This document shows positions 55,642-64,000 of a stretch of 64,000 nucleotides of DNA, piece after piece (position 1 is the first letter of the stretch; each line of letters starts with the position of its first letter). The notes below the pieces were generated by a model. That model saw only the letters and a list, made by a program, of their open reading frames with translations. It was not told where the DNA came from and made no database searches. Source of the DNA: Promethearchaeota archaeon (GTDB lineage: Archaea; Asgardarchaeota; Lokiarchaeia; Sigyniarchaeales; SOKP01); assembly GCA_019058445.1 (NCBI GenBank), contig JAHPZA010000006.1:1132943-1196942 (forward strand). The letters run 5' to 3'. Both the position numbers and the translations under genes were made by a program.

Positions 55642-58005
55642 TTAAAGCTTTTCTACATCTTTAATCAATATTTTTAATTTTAATTTTGAGGCCAGTTCAG
55701 CAAATTTAGCGAATTTGTCTTGTTTTACATTTACTACATTTTCTAGCGTTAAAATGTTTGAAAATTTTGCGCCATAATAGGTTTTAATTATCTCAGAAAA
55801 GTCATATCTTACATCTTTATTATTCTTGGATCGCAAAATGTTAGTAGATTCAAATTCATCTTTTCGAATTAAAAGAATTTCATTAGAATATTTAAAGAAT
55901 TGGGTATTTCTTAGTTGTTTTAAATCAAATATGATTGTGCTTCCAATTTTTCTTTCATTAAGGATTTCTTTAATATGATTATGTAATTCAGTTAAAAATT
56001 TCGATTTAAATTCCTTTAAATTTATTTTTTGATCTAATAATTTTTCTAATATTTTCGCATATGGAAGTTCTAATCCAACGGTTTCATTTTTTATATTAAG
56101 CAAAGTTAAGATTTGGTTTATTTTATTTTTAGGCTCGGACTTTAATTCTTTAAAAATATAATTTCTCTCTTTTTTTATAAAATCAAAGAGAAATCCTCGA
56201 AATTTTTTGATAAATTGTGAATAATTTGGAATGAATGTTTTATTTGGATTATTTGTCGCAATTTCATTCGCTTTAAAAGGACTCATTTCCTTATTTAAAA
56301 CAGCTTTTACAAGGGATAAGGGATAGTATCCCTCAACAAAACTCATACCTTTTGACACACTATTAATGGCATCTTCAAAAGAGCATTTAGTAATCACATT
56401 TACAGTCTTTATTATATTTCCTTCAATTTTTACGGGAGATTTCTGGCAATAGCATAAATCAAATGGCTTTAAATCGTGAAATAACGGGTTATTTTGGTCT
56501 GGTATGGAAATTTGAGAACCATACGCATTCACAATGCTCCCTTGTCTTGGTTTATTTGCTAAATCCCATTCAATTATAATGACATCATTAATATTCGAGT
56601 AATATTGATCAATATCATAATTATAATCAATATTCTCTCTTAATAGAGAGAATCCATCTATGGGATTGATTTCATAATCTTCAAGGTCGCCCCAAAATTG
56701 TTTTTTGTAGTAAAAAATATCGGGATGAGGACTAAGGTCATCAGAGAATAATTTTTTAATAATAAAGTAATTAATACCGATATCAGTGGATTTTATAGTG
56801 GATTCATTTATTCCGTAAAATCCAATTGATTTAGTTATGTACGCATACACGGGATTATTAAGATTATCATCTTCATGTCTTACAATATATGTATTTCTTT
56901 TTTTCCTAAATTCTCCCCGGGAGGGTATAATATTATATTTTTCCATCAATAGTTTGAGAAAAGCAAACTTCTTTAAATAAACCTTTTTTTCTAATTCCTT
57001 AATTTCTTCCTTATATCTTTTGTACTTATTATAAAATTTATCTTTAGAGATATGTATGATCTCAAATTGCTTTTTCATCAGTTTTAATTTGTCAATTACT
57101 GCAAAATTTTCAATTTCATCAAGAAAATATTGCAAAAATTCATTTTTAGAAGATGTGAGATTTTCAGGAGTAATCAACTCTTTATAGAGGGGATTAATTT
57201 CAGTGAATTTTTCCTCATTCTTCTTAATAAAATAAATAGCAAAATACTTTTCATTAAGATTAGAACTATTTACTAATTTTTGAAATTTCTTAAAAAATTT
57301 GTTAACAAACGAGAAATCTATATATTGAGAAATGATATCTAAAGCCTCAATTACACTTAATATATTAAAAAAGGAATAATCTCGTAATGAATTTAGAAAA
57401 TTCTTAAATCCCTCTTCGATATAATTAATAAATTGTAAAATGTAATCGTTTAAATCATTTTCAAACCCAGACTTTAAAAATTCAAAAAATTCAAGATAGA
57501 GATTGTGTTTAATTGCCCTATTTAAGTAATTTTCAATAATATTTTGGCATTCATATTGATTTATGATAGCTTTATTAAGATAACTTAATCCCTCAACACA
57601 ATTATTCGTTTCGAAACAATTATCTGCTAACAATAAAAAGTTTTTACTTTTCTTTTTAGAACCGAAATCTTCCGAAGTGAGCGAGTACCTTTCAAAATCT
57701 TTAATTATTTCTAATGCTATATGATTTTTAATTAAGAGTAAGAGCTTAATGAAATGGATACATATTTTTTTTTCTCTTTCAAAATGGATTAAAAAATTGG
57801 GACAATCGTGGAAAATCTCGGCCTTTTTTTGGTCAATTACGATATGAAATTCACGATCATTGTCTAAAATAATGGCATTGATCTTTATTGGATTTTCTTT
57901 CAAACGTATAATATTTACCTTATTGTTTGGGAAATTTTTAGATTTTGAATAGAGTTTATCGCCAAATTTTTCTATAAGCACATCTGATAGAGAAATTTTT
58001 ATCAT
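55642..58005 (-). CDS. Large hypothetical protein with N-terminal SWIM-type Zn finger
   Basis: HDCPNF..........ICIHFIK; 787 aa, otherwise unrecognised. Confidence 0.75.
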   Translation of the reverse strand: MIKISLSDVLIEKFGDKLYSKSKNFPNNKVNIIRLKENPIKINAIILDNDREFHIVIDQKKAEIFHDCPNFLIHFEREKKICIHFIKLLLLIKNHIALEIIKDFERYSLTSEDFGSKKKSKNFLLLADNCFETNNCVEGLSYLNKAIINQYECQNIIENYLNRAIKHNLYLEFFEFLKSGFENDLNDYILQFINYIEEGFKNFLNSLRDYSFFNILSVIEALDIISQYIDFSFVNKFFKKFQKLVNSSNLNEKYFAIYFIKKNEEKFTEINPLYKELITPENLTSSKNEFLQYFLDEIENFAVIDKLKLMKKQFEIIHISKDKFYNKYKRYKEEIKELEKKVYLKKFAFLKLLMEKYNIIPSRGEFRKKRNTYIVRHEDDNLNNPVYAYITKSIGFYGINESTIKSTDIGINYFIIKKLFSDDLSPHPDIFYYKKQFWGDLEDYEINPIDGFSLLRENIDYNYDIDQYYSNINDVIIIEWDLANKPRQGSIVNAYGSQISIPDQNNPLFHDLKPFDLCYCQKSPVKIEGNIIKTVNVITKCSFEDAINSVSKGMSFVEGYYPLSLVKAVLNKEMSPFKANEIATNNPNKTFIPNYSQFIKKFRGFLFDFIKKERNYIFKELKSEPKNKINQILTLLNIKNETVGLELPYAKILEKLLDQKINLKEFKSKFLTELHNHIKEILNERKIGSTIIFDLKQLRNTQFFKYSNEILLIRKDEFESTNILRSKNNKDVRYDFSEIIKTYYGAKFSNILTLENVVNVKQDKFAKFAELASKLKLKILIKDVEKL

Positions 58006-58118
58006 ATTATTCTTAAAATCCTAAGTAAATTATATCTGAAATTTAATGAACAAATCAGTTAGAGTTTTATTCTGTTATTTTAGATAATTTTTAATAAAAT
58101 TAAATTTTTTTGTTAAAG
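57965..58118 (+). repeat. Direct repeat copy 1 (~154 bp; SWIM-gene upstream region plus first ~14 codons)
   Basis: Matches 60091-60243 with about 8 substitutions and 1 indel by hand alignment. Confidence 0.95.
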
Positions 58119-58255
58119 ATCAAAAAGTTCGAGGATTCTTGGCTTTTAAAACTCCAAAAAAGTCGATAAAGTCTGCAAAACTATACTACTTGATAAGATT
58201 AACATTTCCAAATCCAGTATAGATTATGAGATTATCATATTTTAAATCATATCAT

Positions 58256-59737
58256 CTATTTGGTCCCATTAAAGTATTTTCTAATTAAATGTTTTATTTT
58301 TAAATATGAATTAACGGAATAAAGAAATCGAATCGGATTCAAAATGAAAAAAATACCGCGTGATTTTATAATTCGCGGGAAAAATATTTTCCAATTTTTA
58401 AGATATGTATGTTCTTTAAAAGAATAATATAAGAGTTCAAACAATTTTCTCGATTCTAACTCATGAGTTTTGATTACGGGATTAAGTAAAGTATATTTAG
58501 ACCAATCTCTAGTGACTATAAGATCTTTTTCTTCTAATTCTTTTAAAATCTCGGTTCCTGGAAATGGAGTTAAAATACTGGAAACTAGTATATCTACATC
58601 AACTTTCTTCATAAATCTTATTTCTTTTATTATATCATCTTCAGAAGCGTTTAAATCATACCCGATTATCATACTTCCAAGTACAATTATATTATTATCG
58701 TGTAATATTTTAAGTGCTTTTAAGACCTTATTAAATGTTAATCCCTTTCTCATATCTTTTAGCGTTTCTTCACGAACGCTCTCAATTCCTATTAAAACAA
58801 TCCAAAATCCCGCTTCAGCCATTTTTTTTACCATTTGAGGAGATTTTACCACAGAATCTACTCTAATCTGAGCAAAAAAACTCAGATTATTTATTTGCTT
58901 AGTTCTTTTGCATTCAATTATTCTTTCGCATAGTAATTCAATTCTTTTGGTATTAGCGGTTAAATTGTCGTCCACAAATAATATATCAGTAATTTTTTTA
59001 TTTTGAGAAATCATTTTTAATTCATTAATTATTTTTTCAATTGGTCGAGGCCTCCATAATCTTTTGTTAAAATTAGGAGTACAGCAAAATTTACAGTTAT
59101 GAGGGCAACCTCTTGATGTCTCTACCGTTTCTACTCTCACAGTAAAAATTTTATATTTATTATTTTTTGTAAGATGTCTTGCGGGATACCTTATATTTTC
59201 AAAATCTTTAATTAGCTCTCTATCAGGATTATGTATAATTCTTCCATCGGATTTAAAAGAAATTCCTTTTACATTTTCGGGAGTTCCTTTTAGAATCAAT
59301 TCTCTAAATGTTAACTCTCCTTCACCCCTAACAACAATATCAACCTCATCAACTTTTAACGTTTCAACAGCTCTATATGAAGGATGCCGACCTCCAAATA
59401 CGACTATACAATTTGGATTATTTCTTTTTACTATTTTTGCAATATCATAACATGTATTAATTACTGCTGACACAAAAACAGTAATTCCTACGAGATCTGG
59501 ATTAATTTCTTTTATTTTTTTCTTTATTTGCTTATAACTTAAATTATTTACTTTTGTATCGAGAATTTCCACCTCAATATTTAAATCATTTAAATAACTG
59601 GCAATATAGGTTAAATTTAATGGTGGTAAATCCATAGGAGCAAAAAAATAATCTGTATTACCAAAGTGATAATTTGGCTTAACTAATAGGATTTTTCTCC
59701 ATCTGAGGTTTATTTTAGAAGGAATTTCAATGCTCAT
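58256..59737 (-). CDS. B12-binding radical SAM protein
   Basis: PPLNLTYIAS, GGRHPS, GEGE, ETSRGCPHNCKFC, VDDN, GIES, PFPGT. Confidence 0.93.
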   Translation of the reverse strand: MSIEIPSKINLRWRKILLVKPNYHFGNTDYFFAPMDLPPLNLTYIASYLNDLNIEVEILDTKVNNLSYKQIKKKIKEINPDLVGITVFVSAVINTCYDIAKIVKRNNPNCIVVFGGRHPSYRAVETLKVDEVDIVVRGEGELTFRELILKGTPENVKGISFKSDGRIIHNPDRELIKDFENIRYPARHLTKNNKYKIFTVRVETVETSRGCPHNCKFCCTPNFNKRLWRPRPIEKIINELKMISQNKKITDILFVDDNLTANTKRIELLCERIIECKRTKQINNLSFFAQIRVDSVVKSPQMVKKMAEAGFWIVLIGIESVREETLKDMRKGLTFNKVLKALKILHDNNIIVLGSMIIGYDLNASEDDIIKEIRFMKKVDVDILVSSILTPFPGTEILKELEEKDLIVTRDWSKYTLLNPVIKTHELESRKLFELLYYSFKEHTYLKNWKIFFPRIIKSRGIFFILNPIRFLYSVNSYLKIKHLIRKYFNGTK

Positions 59738-60090
59738 TTTAATATCTCAATCCTATTTTTAAAATTATTAAAATTTTCCTTTCGTTAAAAAATCCAAATA
59801 CTTTAAGCGGATTATTATTATCCTTAAAATTTTTTCATCTATTCCGTTAATTGAAAAATGTTGTATAATATCTCATATTAATCTTCTTCTTTCCTTGCTC
59901 TTAATATTTTAACACATGACTTTTGATTCTAGCTATAATATGGAATAATTTTTGAATTTCTGGGGAGATTCCTCATTTTTTAGTATTTGAGGGTTAATAA
60001 ATGAAAAAATAATATATAAATATTTAAATTTTTACTTTTCCATAAGCGAAAATTATCCCCTTTTTTTGCTTATTGAGCAATTTTTCTCTG

Positions 60091-60243
60091 AATTTTTCTA
60101 TAAGCACATTTGATAGAGAAATTTTTATCATATTATTCTTAAAATGCTAAGTAAATTTTATCTGAAATTTAATGAACATATCAGTCAGAGTTTTATTCTG
60201 TTATTTTAGTAAGTTTTTAATAAATTAAATTTTTTTGTTAAAG
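60091..60243 (+). repeat. Direct repeat copy 2 (contains the stub MIKISLSNVLIEKF of the SWIM gene)
   Basis: Near-identical to 57965-58118; the stub frame diverges after EKF and stops about 22 codons later. Confidence 0.95.
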
Positions 60244-60382
60244 TTCTATAAGTCTAGGGATGAATTTTTATAAAGATTGCATAAGAGTTATGCAGAGAGC
60301 AATATGAAAATTTATACCTATAGCCAAGAAGCTTAAAATAGTAATTATATATTAAGCAAGAAATAGAATAATAACCTTGAGG

Positions 60383-62875
60383 TTAAAGTTTTGAATTAAT
60401 TATTTCAGAGATTAAATCAGGAAATTCTTCCCAATCTTTTAAAGTTAATAGCTGCCCACCTGCGATTTTCACAATTTTTTTGGCATCTTCAGTATTAAAG
60501 GAAGTTTCTGGTACTACTAGCACAAAATCAACGCCCATGGAGCGGAAAATTCTTAATTCTTCCATTGCCTGTTTAAGATCGTAGATTTCAGCATCAGTGA
60601 ATAACACATTTAATTTTTCACGAGCACTAGATTTTTCTTTAAATTGACGTCTTGCCCATTCAAGCGCTTTTTGAACCCTCGTACCTCCCCTTGCGGTGAT
60701 TGATAAGAGTTCATCAGCTAATTCTTCTAATTCTTTATCATCACCAAGTTCTTTTAGCACATGAGTGTCCGATTCAAAAAATGTGATACCAAGCTCATCT
60801 TTTTTTAGTCCATAGACTAGCATTGTTGTCGAGATGGCCATTGATGCTAATTTTTCTCCCGTCATACTCCCAGATATGTCTAATTCAAGGCATACGCTTC
60901 TTAATCCTTTTGCTGTTTCAAACACAAAAAAATCATCATAATTAATGTGTTCTAATTTCTTCCCTTTTTCGAGGATATTATTTATGGTCTCTTCAAGATC
61001 AACATTTTCAAAATCATCGCCGATTGCAAAAGGTCTTACAACATTTATAGGAATGGGGCCTGATACAGTGCTTCCAAGATGCGCCCGGGAGTAATAAATC
61101 CCAAGTTCAATAAGCATTTTCTTTGCCAATTCTTTAACTTTTTCCTTAGCTACAGGCGGTAAACTTTTTCTGTGGGTAAACCATTGTTTTAGTAAATTTT
61201 CACCACTTCCGGCCCCTAGACACTGGATTAATTTATTTTGACCCTCCTCCCCTCCGATAAACTGAGCACTTTTTAGGGCATCTTCCAAATTAAAATGACC
61301 GAGAGCACCCAAAGCATCCCTATTGTCAGAAGCCAAGGCACTAGAGATTAGTTCTTTCATCCGATCTTTATTAATTTGGTTTTTTATTTGATTCATTAAA
61401 TTACTTAACCGCTCAAAGTCGCCCATATTTTTATCAATCAATTTTTTTAATAATTGATAATCCGGCTCTATTAATTCAAAGATCTCTTCATCGCTCATTC
61501 CGATGTCTTTTCCAACTTGCTTTATATCTTCTGCATCCGGATTCAAGCCAATATTTCTTAAAAATTCAACAGTATTTTTCAATTCGTTTGCGTTTTCACA
61601 TGATTCTAGAGATTTTTTAATTATATCAGGAAGGTGTTGTTCTAGCTTCTGGCTACAATGCATATTGGCGCAAGAATTGGAGAGCTGTTGTAATTGATGA
61701 GCTAAAGATTTGAATTCTTCAAATTTTCTTTTTTTGCTCATCGCGTCTTGAATCGCGTTTTCAAGCGCCTGATTTAAAAGGTTATTCCATGATTTATTAG
61801 CGAGAGCATTTTTTGTTAAATTTTCAAGTGAAAGATTCATAGGAGAGTTTTGAGAGAGTTGATCGTATTTATCAAGTAATTGAGCTCTTAAATCGGTGCC
61901 AAAATATTGATCTAATGAATTTGTTAGATTATAATTATGGTCAAATGAAGATTGTTGAAGGGACTGATTTAGAACTTTTTCTGGATCGAATTTTGGAGTT
62001 TCTCCTAAATTTTTTGCGGCTTGGAATAATTGATCAAGGTTATTAATTTGATTTTGAAGTTGGTCTTTCATATGCTGCATTTGGTCTTTTGAAATAGCAT
62101 TGGTTTCGTTTAAATATTTTAATGTTTGGATTAAATCTTCAAAGTTATTTGAGTTCATTAAATTATTCAAGTCTTCAGTGATATCTTGATTATTAAGTGC
62201 TTTACTAGTGATTTGTTCCCAGGCCCGTTTTGACTGTTCTTGAATTAATTCATTTAGATCTAAAGCTTCAGCAGCTTTTAAGTCTTCAGGGTCAAGAGAA
62301 TTAATCTGTTGTTCTAATCTTTTTTTAGCTTCATTAAGCAGTTCCTCTAAAGACGATAATTTTTCTTTATATAATTCTGCGTCATCTGAAAAGAAATTTA
62401 AAGCGGATTTATATGGATCTTCTTCCCTATTCTGATTCAGTTCTTCCATGAATTGCTCCATTTTCTGAAGAAAATCCGTATCTATAGATTTAGACATTTC
62501 AATTTCATCTATTAATTCTTGGAATTCATCTAACGAAGATTTTTCTTCAGGAGTTAAAAAATCATCTTCCAAATTGTCGGCATTAAAATCTTCTTGAAAG
62601 AATGAGGTAACTAAATCTTTTTTATAATTAGGAAATAAAATTTCAAATGCAATTTTTTTAGCGATATCTTGATTTCCGGGATAAGAAGTCACAGTACTCA
62701 CTTCGATAAAATCATTAGGAGTAATCGCCCCCTTTCGATAATAGCGTGCCACGATTAACCTGGGAATTGACATAACTTGCCGTGATGAGGGAATTTGGAC
62801 AATATCTGGATGGTTTCTCATCCTTCTTATGAATTCTACACTATATTCACATGGATTTTCTGGAAATACCCCCAT
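60383..62875 (-). CDS. VWA-domain protein, partner of the upstream AAA+ ATPase
   Basis: C-terminal LDISGSM, GGT, FTD (MIDAS); long helical middle; RPF..GDD...DLEET motif. Confidence 0.88.
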   Translation of the reverse strand: MGVFPENPCEYSVEFIRRMRNHPDIVQIPSSRQVMSIPRLIVARYYRKGAITPNDFIEVSTVTSYPGNQDIAKKIAFEILFPNYKKDLVTSFFQEDFNADNLEDDFLTPEEKSSLDEFQELIDEIEMSKSIDTDFLQKMEQFMEELNQNREEDPYKSALNFFSDDAELYKEKLSSLEELLNEAKKRLEQQINSLDPEDLKAAEALDLNELIQEQSKRAWEQITSKALNNQDITEDLNNLMNSNNFEDLIQTLKYLNETNAISKDQMQHMKDQLQNQINNLDQLFQAAKNLGETPKFDPEKVLNQSLQQSSFDHNYNLTNSLDQYFGTDLRAQLLDKYDQLSQNSPMNLSLENLTKNALANKSWNNLLNQALENAIQDAMSKKRKFEEFKSLAHQLQQLSNSCANMHCSQKLEQHLPDIIKKSLESCENANELKNTVEFLRNIGLNPDAEDIKQVGKDIGMSDEEIFELIEPDYQLLKKLIDKNMGDFERLSNLMNQIKNQINKDRMKELISSALASDNRDALGALGHFNLEDALKSAQFIGGEEGQNKLIQCLGAGSGENLLKQWFTHRKSLPPVAKEKVKELAKKMLIELGIYYSRAHLGSTVSGPIPINVVRPFAIGDDFENVDLEETINNILEKGKKLEHINYDDFFVFETAKGLRSVCLELDISGSMTGEKLASMAISTTMLVYGLKKDELGITFFESDTHVLKELGDDKELEELADELLSITARGGTRVQKALEWARRQFKEKSSAREKLNVLFTDAEIYDLKQAMEELRIFRSMGVDFVLVVPETSFNTEDAKKIVKIAGGQLLTLKDWEEFPDLISEIINSKL

Positions 62876-62899
62876 GATAATATATTCCCTCCGAAACTA

Positions 62900-63862
62900 T
62901 TATCCTCCTAAAGTTTTATTGATAATATTGTCTAAAATATGCTCAACTTTTATTCCAGGTTTGGGTTTTATACTACCTAATAACACATGTCTTGATATGT
63001 CAGATAAATACTCATAAACAGATTTTTTTTCTTTAATCTCTCCTTTTTCTTCAAGAAATCTTTTCCTACCTAATAGTTTAGCAATGGCTATACCAGCTCT
63101 AATAGAAGCGGGTACTTCAATATCAATTTTATTTTTTCGTGTTTCATTAATAATTGAATATATTAATTCAAGTTCGGATTCTTCAATCATAAAGTGTTCA
63201 GGAAGATTAATACGGATTATATCCAATTCCGTAGATTTTTCTGGGTAAGTTAATTTAATCCATACCTTGATTCTATCTTTTAAAGCTTCAGATAATCTAT
63301 GTGTCCCCGATAATTCCTCTGGATTCATAGCGCAGATAAAAAAGAAATCTTGAGCAGCTTTTATCCTCCCTATGTGAGGAATACCGATGGATGCCTCTTC
63401 TAAAGGTTCTAGCAATGTATTTTGAGAATATTCCGTTGCTCTATTAATTTCGTTAGCTAGAAATGTGCCTCCCTCTAACATCGCTCTTAATAATGGTCCG
63501 GGGCTAAATGCTTCCAATATGAATCCATATTTTAGTGTGAGAGCAGGATCAAACGATCCCATGAAATTTGCCGGTCTAATGGATTCATCCATAGTCAACC
63601 AGTAAAAACTCGCATCTTTATTTTCTTTTGCTCTTAAACTAGCAAAATAACGGCAAAGTATTGTCTTCCCTACACCTGGTGGACCTACAAGAGCAGGAAA
63701 CAATCCAGTTGCTTCAGCATCTCTCAATAATTCTAAAGCTTTGCCATATTGCCCAGATAAAACAATTTTAATTTCCTCTTCTGTAGCGTCCTTAATCAAT
63801 TGTTTATTAAATAAATCTCGGAATTTTTGGTCACTAGAACTCTTACTTGTAATATTTTCCAT
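62900..63862 (-). CDS. MoxR/CoxD/GvpN-like AAA+ ATPase
   Basis: GPPGVGKT, GPL, NEINR, AMNP, LSEALKDR, ASIR. Confidence 0.9.
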   Translation of the reverse strand: MENITSKSSSDQKFRDLFNKQLIKDATEEEIKIVLSGQYGKALELLRDAEATGLFPALVGPPGVGKTILCRYFASLRAKENKDASFYWLTMDESIRPANFMGSFDPALTLKYGFILEAFSPGPLLRAMLEGGTFLANEINRATEYSQNTLLEPLEEASIGIPHIGRIKAAQDFFFICAMNPEELSGTHRLSEALKDRIKVWIKLTYPEKSTELDIIRINLPEHFMIEESELELIYSIINETRKNKIDIEVPASIRAGIAIAKLLGRKRFLEEKGEIKEKKSVYEYLSDISRHVLLGSIKPKPGIKVEHILDNIINKTLGG

Positions 63863-64000
63863 TTTTTGTATGAGAATTTAATATTTACTTTAAGATTTAA
63901 AATTAAATATTACTTAAATTTTTAAACTTAATATTTTAAAGGATATAATATAAAAAACACTCTTTATGGTTGATATTCTAACTAATAATGTAGAGGTTAT

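Noticed and set aside
2454-63017. Numerous 60-150 aa ORFs antisense to or overlapping long genes
   Set aside because: They lie within well-supported genes on the opposite strand or frame and show no recognisable motifs.
1-64000. CRISPR arrays, tRNA/rRNA genes, IS elements, integrases, replication origin near mcm/gins
   Set aside because: No spaced short repeats, no GC-rich structural RNA-like tracts, no transposase or recombinase motifs, and no cdc6 or ORB-like repeats were visible.

Overview
AT-rich (roughly 30% GC) archaeal chromosomal segment, most likely from an Asgard archaeon (Lokiarchaeia-like). The assignment rests on archaeal core genes (MCM, Gins23-like, topoisomerase VI A/B, LysX/LysZ/LysK, LipS1/LipS2, CofE/CofD, tungsten AOR) alongside eukaryote-like signature proteins (Rab-like GTPase, PPP phosphatase, HEAT-repeat, longin-like and LRR proteins) and bacterial-type TpiA, LeuRS core and UvrD. 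No rRNA, tRNA, CRISPR array or transposase was seen. The top finding is the leader of leuS (9944-10255, minus strand). It holds a TATA box, a short uORF ending in five consecutive Leu codons (MKNSLSLQFLNKVLLLLL*), and mutually exclusive RNA helices, one of which pairs with the leuS ribosome-binding region: a candidate leucine-sensing attenuator in an archaeon. Second, accessory genes here are repeatedly bracketed by duplicated ends of neighbouring genes: the leuS 3' end, the 5' end and upstream region of a SWIM gene, and probably a HAD 5' stub. Also notable are a catalytically dead transglutaminase in a MoxR/DUF58 surface operon, a divergent PPP phosphatase/PI3K-HipA-like kinase pair, a giant Top6B with a SAP/HeH-like domain, and an unlisted cadherin-like repeat surface protein running off the left edge. 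All family assignments come from motifs read by eye; no database search was run.
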